From assembly GCA_964549375.1 (NCBI GenBank), contig CAZJWF010000002.1, positions 23,592 through 87,591 of the forward strand: a stretch of DNA of 64,000 nt, in the 5' to 3' direction. The DNA comes from an uncultured Neomegalonema sp. Its GTDB lineage: Bacteria > Pseudomonadota > Alphaproteobacteria > Rhodobacterales > Rhodobacteraceae. The number at the start of each line of letters is the position of its first letter. Within the stretch, counting starts at the first letter, position 1. Position numbers and translations under genes: made by a program. The notes under the pieces were generated by a model. The model did no database searches. It was not told the DNA's origin and saw only the letters and a list, made by a program, of their open reading frames with translations. Positions 56,190-64,000 of this stretch are shown here, piece by piece.

Positions 56190-57658
56190 TTTGGTGCATC
56201 AATAGGGGTCGGCCACGGAACTCCAGAAACGGCACTTTCCCTTCGTTGCCCCGTCAAACGATGATCGTTCTGCAGCCCAACTTGCCCGGCCACGACGTCC
56301 TCGAGTGACATGATGTGATCAGCATGACCACCGAGCGAGAGGTACTCGTCTCTTGGCAAAGTGAATTCGATTGGCGCGACAAGCGCTGGGGTTGGGACAT
56401 ATCCGAAGGCATTTCGGGGCATCTGGGTAACATCCGCCATCACGGTGATACCGCCCCCCGGCCACAGATACGCTGGGGCACCGCCAATGGTAACATTGGC
56501 AAGCATCTGACGCACGGATCGGGTCAAGCGAACTGGGTTCTCGGTCACACCAGCACGTAACGACCCCCCTGCTCCGCCCATAAAGGCAACAGAACAGAGT
56601 GCTGGCTCGCAGTTTTCTTCTATGCGCTGAATTGATGGCAATAAGCGTTCCGGCATGGATTTTTCGACAGGTGACAAATCGTCATCCAACTCGAAATAAG
56701 CGAAGTTTTCGCCAGTCGTCGAGACCATCAGCATTGACTGCCCCGGCTTGGCGAAGTCCGGTTTAAAATCTTTTATGATAGTCAAGGGGTCGGTTAGGTC
56801 GGTCCCCCCCCATCCTGTTCCGGGTTCCGCAACCTGAAAATAGCGGCCCGGTGTCGAGCGCCGACCGTTGATACGCACACCGGACGCAGGCCAACCCAAA
56901 ACTTTGCCTGCCTGATGTTCAGAGACAACGCCGGTGATATGATCATCGACAACCACGACTTCATCAACAAGGCCCTGCCACTGCGACGCAAACATGCCCA
57001 CGGTCGCTGAGCCACAACCGACGCGCATTCTTTCTTCCGCAGCACCGTTAATAATTGGCGGGGCACCTGCCTCAACAACAATTGTTGAACCCTCATCAAT
57101 TGTCAGCTCAACCGCCTCACGATTGCATAGCGACAACAATGTCGCACAGGTCACGCGACCTTCCTTTTTTCCACCGCCCGTCAGATGATGAACGCCACCA
57201 AGAGACAGCATTTGAGAGCCATACTCCGCCGTGGTGACGTGACCGATCGGTTCTCCTTCGCAACGAACCAATGAACGTTCTGGACCGAGGTGCCGGTCCG
57301 TGTCGATCTTCACCTTAGCGCCGCAGTAGCTGAAGATACCCTCGGTTACGATCGTCACCGTATCGACACCATCAATCTCCGATGACACGATGAAGGGTGC
57401 CGGTTTATAATCGGGATAAGTTGTGCCAGCACCTATCGCGGTAACGAACATTTCTTTCGGCGCAAGGCTTCCGTCCCACTCATCGCCGACAAACGGCACC
57501 GCGTTCTGGGTTTTCTCAAGAATGACGTGGGGGTCCACACGAACGAGTTCTCCCCCTTCATTCGCATAACGATCACATGCACCGGATCGCCCGTCGGCGA
57601 TGTAGCACATCACCGGACACGCATCGCATCGGATTTTTTCCGGACGCTCCGCCATCAA
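56186..57658 (-). CDS. 6-hydroxynicotinate-reductase-like Fe-S protein
   Basis: N-terminal Cys cluster CDACPVMCYIADGRSGACDRY (CxxCxxxC...C). About 490 aa, like proteins annotated as 6-hydroxynicotinate reductase. The start is TTG 57658 or ATG 57655. Confidence 0.7.
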   Translation of the reverse strand: MMAERPEKIRCDACPVMCYIADGRSGACDRYANEGGELVRVDPHVILEKTQNAVPFVGDEWDGSLAPKEMFVTAIGAGTTYPDYKPAPFIVSSEIDGVDTVTIVTEGIFSYCGAKVKIDTDRHLGPERSLVRCEGEPIGHVTTAEYGSQMLSLGGVHHLTGGGKKEGRVTCATLLSLCNREAVELTIDEGSTIVVEAGAPPIINGAAEERMRVGCGSATVGMFASQWQGLVDEVVVVDDHITGVVSEHQAGKVLGWPASGVRINGRRSTPGRYFQVAEPGTGWGGTDLTDPLTIIKDFKPDFAKPGQSMLMVSTTGENFAYFELDDDLSPVEKSMPERLLPSIQRIEENCEPALCSVAFMGGAGGSLRAGVTENPVRLTRSVRQMLANVTIGGAPAYLWPGGGITVMADVTQMPRNAFGYVPTPALVAPIEFTLPRDEYLSLGGHADHIMSLEDVVAGQVGLQNDHRLTGQRRESAVSGVPWPTPIDAPK

Positions 57659-60354
57659 CTCACCTCCCTGAGCGCGGCGAGGACCTTATCAGGCGTTGCC
57701 GGCAAATGCCGAATCGGCGCCCCTGTCGCATGACGAATTGCATTCAAGATTGCGGGAGCGGTTGGAATCAAAACGTGTTCACCCAATCCCTTTGCGCCAT
57801 ATGGTCCCTCGGCATCTGGTACCTCGACGATATGATGCGTAAAGCTCGGCATATCACCGAATGTCGGAATAAGATAGTCGTGCAAATTTTCGGTCCTACC
57901 GGGCACGAAGTCTTCCATCAATGCCAGCCCGATCCCCTGCGCCACGCCGCCCTCGATCTGGCCTTCGATAAGCAATGGATTGATCGCACGTCCGACATCG
58001 TGCGCAGTTGTAATATGATCCAGTTTGACCGTCCCTAAGCGAGTATCGACTGTCAATTCGATCATCTGCGCCCCATACCCATAAACGGCATACGGAATAC
58101 CTTGGCCATTCTCATCCAACGCGGTGACAGGCGGATCGTAAGTTTCCTCGGCCATAAAGGCATACCCAAACTCGTTGATCGGGAGCGCACGAAGATCAAC
58201 GGCAGTTTCTTCAAATTGGATTTTTCCGTCTGCGATTGCAAAGACCGCATCCTCTGGCACATTGGCGTGACGAAATATAGCGGCGCGCAGAGCTTTACCG
58301 GACAGCATCGCGGCTGACCCTGTCACATAAGTCTGGCGAGACGCCGAGGTCTTGCCGCAATCTGGCGTAAGGTCAGTGTCTCCGCCGATCAAGCGAATGG
58401 AATGGACCGGGACGCCGAGCGCGTCTGCGGCGATCTGCGTGATGACTGTGTTGGCGCCTTGCCCAATGTCCATTGCACCTTGATGCAGAACAATCTCCCC
58501 TCCAGAAGTAATCCCCATTCGGACCGTGGACGGATTGGGCAACGATGTATTCCCGCAGCCGTACCAGCACGACGCAATACCAATTCCTTTTCGTAATCCT
58601 GAACCGTTTGCCATGCGGTTATAATCGGAAATGCGCTCGCCCGCGGCAGCCCATTCAGGCGCAAGGGCTTCAAGGCAAGCAGTAATTCCAATCCCCGTCT
58701 CAAAGACTTGTCCGGTCACCGTCGGCTGACCATCTCGCAAGGCATTCTTGAGGCGGAACTCAAGCCGGTCCATCCCCAGTAAGTCGGCAAGATCATCAAA
58801 CGCTACTTCCTGCGCAATTGCGGATTGCGGGACGCCGAAGCCTCGAAACGCACCCGACGGCGGACAATGGGTGTGAACGGCAAGGCTGCGCGCGCGATAG
58901 TCCGGGATGTAATACGGCCCTGACGCATGTACCGGTACACGGTTAGCAACCGTCGGCCCCCAACTCGCATAAGCGCCGGTGTTAAACGTGCCCTGAAAAT
59001 CAAACCCGCTGACAACACCGTCCGCATCGCATCCGACAGTCAAAGTAATTTCAGACGGATGGCGCTTGGTTGTGGAACGCATTGACTCGCTGCGTGTGTA
59101 GCAAATGCCAACAGGACAGTTCAGCCGCCACGCCGCCAATGCGATATACGGTTGGAACGAAACATCAAGCTTCGAGCCAAAACCGCCACCGCACGCCGTC
59201 GGAACGACCCGAACAGCATCCTTCTCCAGCGCCATAATTCCAGCTAGTTCTTCCCGGTCCATTGTTGCCGCTTGCGTACAACCATGAACGGTGATGCGAT
59301 CACCTTCACGGATTGCCCAACCGGCCTCCGGTTCAATATAAGCATGCTCAATAAAGGGCGTTGATGTTTCGACAGTAGAAATATGTTCTGCGTTGGAAAT
59401 GGCAGCCTCAGCATCACCGCGCTGGACCAATCCCGATATGAGGATGTTGTTTGGGCGCGAAGGATGAAGTGGTTCGGCCTCTAATGCCTCGTCTGGCCTC
59501 ATTGCATCCGCGTGTATTTTCCATGAAACTGGAAATTCTGTTTCGCGCAGAGCACGCACGACATCAGCGTCACCAACGACACACGCCACGGCCTCGCCGC
59601 GATACCGTGCGACCCCGTTCGCAAAGACGGGTTGATCGGCCAGCGGAGGGATCACGCCGAAGCAATTCTTGCCGGGAATATCGCTCGCATCTAGCCAAGC
59701 CGACAAACCATACTTGGACAGATACGCCTCAACATCGCCAAACGTAAACGCAGCATGAGGATGTGGCGAACGAATCACCCGCGCCAACAACGCCCCTTCG
59801 GGCAGCGCGTCATTGCCATAGGCGAGCGAGCCATCGACTTTTGCTTGCCCGTCGAGATGCCGGATCGCGCATCCAATGCTTTCGCCCGCAAGCGGCGCAT
59901 CGCCTTCAGAATTTAACGTAGTAGCTGCCATCACGGCATCCACGATTTTCGCATATCCGGTGCATCGGCAAAGAACGCCGCCTAACGCGTCTTCGACTTC
60001 TACTCGACTTGGGCGCGGCGTCTTTCGCAGCAGCGCCACGGCAGAGACCATCATGCCGGGTGTGCAAATTCCACACTGAGCCGCGCCATGATGCAAAAAA
60101 CTCTCGCGCAGGCGATTGGCAAGTGGATCTTCGGCCAATCCCTCCAGCGTGATGACCTCGGCACCGTTGAGTTGTCCCGCCGCCGTCAGGCAAGCGCAAG
60201 CAGTCTCTCCACCAATAAGAACAGTACAGGCCCCGCAATCGCCCGCATCACAACCGACTTTCGTCGCCGTCAGCCCTAAATCCTGCCGAAGCACCATCGA
60301 CAGCCGAGCAGCTGGATTTTTTGGCTGCGAAACTTCCGCTCCATTCACCTTCAT
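57655..60354 (-). CDS. Xanthine dehydrogenase family protein: fused [2Fe-2S] subunit + molybdopterin-binding large subunit
   Basis: N-terminus has GCDAGDCGACTV, QCGICTPG and CRCTGY (two 2Fe-2S motifs). This is followed by an a/b-hammerhead and a Moco domain (GGGFG, and the EP/AYGAKG.GE end). Confidence 0.9.
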   Translation of the reverse strand: MKVNGAEVSQPKNPAARLSMVLRQDLGLTATKVGCDAGDCGACTVLIGGETACACLTAAGQLNGAEVITLEGLAEDPLANRLRESFLHHGAAQCGICTPGMMVSAVALLRKTPRPSRVEVEDALGGVLCRCTGYAKIVDAVMAATTLNSEGDAPLAGESIGCAIRHLDGQAKVDGSLAYGNDALPEGALLARVIRSPHPHAAFTFGDVEAYLSKYGLSAWLDASDIPGKNCFGVIPPLADQPVFANGVARYRGEAVACVVGDADVVRALRETEFPVSWKIHADAMRPDEALEAEPLHPSRPNNILISGLVQRGDAEAAISNAEHISTVETSTPFIEHAYIEPEAGWAIREGDRITVHGCTQAATMDREELAGIMALEKDAVRVVPTACGGGFGSKLDVSFQPYIALAAWRLNCPVGICYTRSESMRSTTKRHPSEITLTVGCDADGVVSGFDFQGTFNTGAYASWGPTVANRVPVHASGPYYIPDYRARSLAVHTHCPPSGAFRGFGVPQSAIAQEVAFDDLADLLGMDRLEFRLKNALRDGQPTVTGQVFETGIGITACLEALAPEWAAAGERISDYNRMANGSGLRKGIGIASCWYGCGNTSLPNPSTVRMGITSGGEIVLHQGAMDIGQGANTVITQIAADALGVPVHSIRLIGGDTDLTPDCGKTSASRQTYVTGSAAMLSGKALRAAIFRHANVPEDAVFAIADGKIQFEETAVDLRALPINEFGYAFMAEETYDPPVTALDENGQGIPYAVYGYGAQMIELTVDTRLGTVKLDHITTAHDVGRAINPLLIEGQIEGGVAQGIGLALMEDFVPGRTENLHDYLIPTFGDMPSFTHHIVEVPDAEGPYGAKGLGEHVLIPTAPAILNAIRHATGAPIRHLPATPDKVLAALREVS

Positions 60355-61181
60355 AGCAATGCTGCCTTCGCAACTGCGCGCCGAATCAACTCAACCGCGG
60401 CATCGCGGCGATACAACTCAGTCGCTCGCACGTCAGAAATCGGCGACAAATTTTGCAAATGCTCTACGGCAACTGTTTCCGCACAGTCCGAAATAGGTAG
60501 ACCGACGAGCGCAACCTCAAGCGATGGAAGACGCACGGCAACTTCGGAACAAGAACCAACCGCCACTGCCGCCTGCGAAACTTTACCCGCTTCTACGACC
60601 AATCTCACAGCAACCATTGCGATTGAAATCACCAGATACTTCCGAGCCCCAAGCTTGAAAAAAGCTGAACTTCCTAAGCCAGACTTTTCAGGCACCCGTA
60701 TCGCCGTGACAATCTCTCCAGTCGCTAACGCCGTCCGGCGATTGCCAAGAACAAAGTCAGCGAGAGGCACAATACGTTGACCCTCTGCAGATCTCAATTC
60801 GACCGAAGCATCGAGAACCAACAAGGGAGGCACGCCATCCGCAGCCGGAGACGCATTGCAAAGATTACCCGCCAGTGTCGCCCGATTTTGAATTTGAATT
60901 GAACCCACTTCGCGCGCCGCCAGTTTCAACGTATCGAAAGCCGGGGGTAAATCCGCGCGGATAACGTCGGTCCATGTTGTCAATGCACCGATACACCATC
61001 CGTCAGCATCTCGTGTGATCCCGCGCAGTCCTTTAATCGCGGAAATATCAAGAATTGGTGCGGCAGGTGGTTCATCCCGAAGTCCGGGATAATAATCAGT
61101 CCCACCAGAAAGCACGTCCCACCCTCCCGCCGAGAGCAGGACTAGGGCTTCGTCGATTACTTTAGGTCTCGCGAATTTCAT
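60351..61181 (-). CDS. Xanthine dehydrogenase family FAD-binding subunit (CoxM-like)
   Basis: 276 aa. GGTD and IQNRATLAGNL motifs. ATGA overlap with the downstream gene. Confidence 0.9.
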   Translation of the reverse strand: MKFARPKVIDEALVLLSAGGWDVLSGGTDYYPGLRDEPPAAPILDISAIKGLRGITRDADGWCIGALTTWTDVIRADLPPAFDTLKLAAREVGSIQIQNRATLAGNLCNASPAADGVPPLLVLDASVELRSAEGQRIVPLADFVLGNRRTALATGEIVTAIRVPEKSGLGSSAFFKLGARKYLVISIAMVAVRLVVEAGKVSQAAVAVGSCSEVAVRLPSLEVALVGLPISDCAETVAVEHLQNLSPISDVRATELYRRDAAVELIRRAVAKAALL

Positions 61182-61204
61182 CGCTCGATCCTAGAAGCTT
61201 CTCG

Positions 61205-61717
61205 TCAGAAGAACAACCATCTGGGCGTCTTTGCCGCATAGACATCATACGCCGAACCAAAGGTCGCGCTGAGAATGGTTTCCTCAGACCGGATAATGAA
61301 GGCAGTCATAGACCAGATGTAAATCGCAGCAGCAGCTAGAGCCGCCGGAGTCGAATAATACCCAATCGAGAAGATCGGCAACAAAAAGGCGACATAAATT
61401 GGGTTGCGCGTCACGCCAAACACACCGCTTGTCGTAAGCGTCTGCGGTTGCCCGTAAGAACTAGAGAGAAGGGATAGGCGCATGTGGCGTTGTACGAGCG
61501 ATGCACTCACAAAAAATAGCAGAATTGTCGTCGCTAGAATGGCGGCGCCGAGACCGCCTTTCGCGATGTCAAGCAGCACGGATGGCGTCAGCGCGAACAG
61601 TAAACCAAAGCTGTAGCACGACCAACTGACCCAACTGCTTGGGCAGATCTTGTTAAGTTTAAATGCTCCATATCGGGGTTTTGAGTGTTTCATGGTTCCG
61701 TATCTGTCTCGTTTCAA
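61205..61717 (-). CDS. Isoprenylcysteine carboxyl methyltransferase (ICMT)/phospholipid methyltransferase family membrane protein
   Basis: GVFGVTRNPIYVAFLL motif in a polytopic protein. The ORF-track start is TTG 61717, and ATG 61693 is an alternative. Confidence 0.75.
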   Translation of the reverse strand: MKRDRYGTMKHSKPRYGAFKLNKICPSSWVSWSCYSFGLLFALTPSVLLDIAKGGLGAAILATTILLFFVSASLVQRHMRLSLLSSSYGQPQTLTTSGVFGVTRNPIYVAFLLPIFSIGYYSTPAALAAAAIYIWSMTAFIIRSEETILSATFGSAYDVYAAKTPRWLFF

Positions 61718-61769
61718 TCCAAATATCCGACACGTTGATCGCGTCTGGGGTCGTTTATCAACGAGACAG
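61704..61769. repeat. 10-bp perfect inverted repeat CTGTCTCGTT ... AACGAGACAG with 46-nt spacer
   Basis: Read directly: arms at 61704..61713 and 61760..61769. It lies at the 5' end of the methyltransferase gene, in the intergenic region towards lysC. Confidence 0.5.
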
Positions 61770-62103
61770 CAAATGCCGGGCCACTCCCGTTGAGATTGCG
61801 CGGCTAACTGGAGAGAAGATCAGGTACCATACGCTTGTTTTCACGAAAAAACGCCCAAAAATTACCCAACGAACCAGCAGCAATAAACCTGACGGATTTT
61901 ATTCCAGGCACTCTGAAATCGTAGTTTGGGAGCCAGTGTGCAACTTAAGAGACATTGTTCTCGCGACGGCTTTTGATCTCACATGAAGCAGCATGAATTA
62001 TACGCCGCACGGCAAGCCCAATCTTGCTTCCGACTGCGTCCTCCGATACATCACCGCCACACGCGCAACGGCAAGGTTTTGCGCGAATTCCTGGAGCGGC
62101 CAA

Positions 62104-63321
62104 ATGCCCATTCTGGTCATGAAGTTCGGCGGCACATCCGTCGCCGATCCTGAGCGAATTTTGAACGCCGCGCATAAAGTCAAGCGCGAGGTGGATGCTG
62201 GCTGGCGGGTTGCGGTCGTCGTCTCAGCGATGTCTGGCGAGACGAACCGGCTTGTCGATCTCGTCCGAGGCATTTCGCCGTTATACGACGCGCGCGAATA
62301 TGACGCCGTCGTTGCATCGGGAGAACAAGTCACATCAGGGTTGATGGCCCTGACGCTGCAGTCTTTGGGCGTCCCGGCCCGGTCATGGCAAGGATGGCAA
62401 ATCGCTATGAAAACCGATGCCACCCACGGGGCCGCGCGCATCGACAGCATCGACACTGATCAAATGCTGACAAAGTTTGATGAAGGATTACATGCGGTCT
62501 GTGCTGGATTTCAGGGAGTCTCGCCAGATGGCCGTATCGCCACTTTGGGTCGCGGCGGTTCAGACACTAGCGCGGTAGCCTTGGCCGCAGCACTTAAAGC
62601 GGATCGTTGTGACATCTACACCGATGTCGATGGAGTCTACACAACCGACCCTCGTGTTGTACCTGAAGCACAGAAGATTGAGAAAATCGCCTTCGAAGAA
62701 ATGCTTGAACTCGCGTCGCAAGGCGCGAAAGTTCTGCAAACCCGCTCTGTCGAGCTCGCGATGCGCTACAACGTGCCCTTACAGGTGCGCTCCAGTTTCT
62801 CGGACGAGCCAGGAACCATAGTGTGCGATGAGGAAAAAATCATGGAAAGTGACGTCGTAACGGGTGTGGCGTTCTCGCGCGAAGAAGCAAAAATCACGCT
62901 GCAGGACGTAGACGACAGTCCCGGAATCGCCGCCGCCATCTTTGGTCCGCTCGCCGATGCCGCCGTCAACGTAGATATGATCGTGCAAAACATCTCAGAA
63001 GATAATCGCACGGATATGACATTCACCGTCCATATGGATCAGTTTGACCGCGCCGTCGCAACCATAGAAGCCGCAAAAGACAAAATTGGCTTCAAGGGGC
63101 TTGTTGCGGATAAAGACGTCGCAAAGGTCTCCGTTGTCGGCATCGGGATGCGCTCCCATACCGGGGTCGCGCAGCGCATGTTTGCAGCACTCGCGGATGA
63201 CGGAGTGAATATTCAGGTCATCACCACGTCAGAAATCAAGGTCAGCGTGCTGATACAGCGCCGATATATGGAGCTCGCTGTACGCTCACTTCATACTGCT
63301 TTTGGGTTAGAATCCACATGA
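62104..63321 (+). CDS. lysC: Aspartate kinase
   Basis: ATG 62104 gives MPILVMKFGGTSVAD. GRGGSDTSAVALAA and C-terminal ACT domains. Confidence 0.95.
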   Translation: MPILVMKFGGTSVADPERILNAAHKVKREVDAGWRVAVVVSAMSGETNRLVDLVRGISPLYDAREYDAVVASGEQVTSGLMALTLQSLGVPARSWQGWQIAMKTDATHGAARIDSIDTDQMLTKFDEGLHAVCAGFQGVSPDGRIATLGRGGSDTSAVALAAALKADRCDIYTDVDGVYTTDPRVVPEAQKIEKIAFEEMLELASQGAKVLQTRSVELAMRYNVPLQVRSSFSDEPGTIVCDEEKIMESDVVTGVAFSREEAKITLQDVDDSPGIAAAIFGPLADAAVNVDMIVQNISEDNRTDMTFTVHMDQFDRAVATIEAAKDKIGFKGLVADKDVAKVSVVGIGMRSHTGVAQRMFAALADDGVNIQVITTSEIKVSVLIQRRYMELAVRSLHTAFGLEST

Positions 63322-64000
63322 GCGACAAACCCACCTCCGGGTGGGGAGCCTCGCCGGCGCAAGCAAAGCCAGGTGGGGCCGTCGCTCCACGTCTTTTGCT
63401 CCGACGTTTGCGAGAGGCACTCGCGGCGCCCGGTGATGGCCGGTCTCGTCTTGATCAAATTGTCCGACTGATAGCGACAAGTATGGTTGCCGAAGTATGC
63501 TCGGTCTACCTGTTACGCGGTCGCGAGATGTTAGAGCTCTGTGCGACCGAAGGATTAAAACCCGAAGCGGTCAATAGTGCACGCCTGCGCGTCGGCGAAG
63601 GTCTCGTGGGAGTAATCGCGCGCGACGCGGAAACCGTCAACACGTCCAAGGCTCACGACCACCCTGAATTTAGGTATCTGCCGGAAACAGGTGAAGAAGT
63701 TTATAGCTCTTTCCTTGGCGTTCCAATTCAGCGTTTGGGCAGGGTGATCGGCGTTCTCGTGGTCCAGAACGAACGTCCCATGTTTTACAATGAAGAAGAA
63801 GAGGAAGCGCTGCGTCTTGTCGCGATGGTGATTGCCGAAATCGCCGACGCTGGCACGTTGCTGCCCCCCGATCCAACGGACGAAAATGGCGATCAAGGAC
63901 CGTTTCACGCCATTGGAACTGGCGCTTCTGATGGAGTCGCTATTGGTCACGTCCATCTACACGAGCCACGCTTATTGCTACCCAATCCAATTGCCGATGA
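63318..64000 (+). CDS. ptsP: Phosphoenolpyruvate-protein phosphotransferase PtsP (EI-Ntr), N-terminal GAF domain part; continues beyond the window
   Basis: ATGA overlap with lysC. GAF-like VCSVYLL...GEGLVG...FLGVPI.., followed by the SDGVAIGHV start of the EI domain. Confidence 0.9.
   Translation, partial: MSDKPTSGWGASPAQAKPGGAVAPRLLLRRLREALAAPGDGRSRLDQIVRLIATSMVAEVCSVYLLRGREMLELCATEGLKPEAVNSARLRVGEGLVGVIARDAETVNTSKAHDHPEFRYLPETGEEVYSSFLGVPIQRLGRVIGVLVVQNERPMFYNEEEEEALRLVAMVIAEIADAGTLLPPDPTDENGDQGPFHAIGTGASDGVAIGHVHLHEPRLLLPNPIAD

Overview
Dense chromosomal window of about 70 genes that looks alphaproteobacterial. This is an inference from the glnB-glnA, rpmH-rnpA-yidD-yidC-engB and lysC-ptsP arrangements, the DUF1127/DUF1489/DUF1365 families and the many ATGA/GTGA start-stop overlaps. 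All family calls come from reading the translated ORFs against motifs I remember; no search was run. Most of the window is housekeeping or ordinary metabolism: penicillin-acylase family, rpe, glycerate kinase, cobD, metY, glnBA, two ABC importers, YebC, ribosomal protein L34 through EngB, and aspartate kinase. I saw no rRNA, tRNA, CRISPR array, transposase or integrase. The most unusual locus is 29.4-33.2 kb. It holds a monocistronic protein with two intact PilZ (c-di-GMP receptor) domains. Next to it is a 644-aa membrane GT2 that carries the signature motif series of eukaryotic (fungal division-1 type) chitin synthases: TLYNE, QIDAGT, SEDRILGFEL, QRRRWLNGS and HDGSWGTKG. Its acceptor motif (QxxEY) is degenerate. 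A signal-peptide protein of unknown function lies convergent to it. I propose this as a candidate c-di-GMP-linked, chitin-synthase-like exopolysaccharide module. The second point of interest is a translationally coupled operon at 54.7-61.2 kb: a xanthine-dehydrogenase-family hydroxylase (FAD subunit plus fused 2Fe-2S/Moco subunit), a 6-hydroxynicotinate-reductase-like Fe-S protein, a UPF0280 (ApbE-like) protein and a DUF1185 protein. It has no recognisable ring-opening enzyme. The third is a gap of about 1 kb (35.8-36.8 kb) with no convincing ORF upstream of glnB. It has a sigma54-like promoter, perfect palindromes and hairpins, and it lies next to a BMP-type ABC importer that has no binding-protein gene. 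Smaller observations: an SD-sequestering hairpin before a TTG-start photolyase operon, an orphan HPt protein, a Q/P-tailed entericidin-like lipoprotein, and a low-complexity tail on an ABC ATPase.
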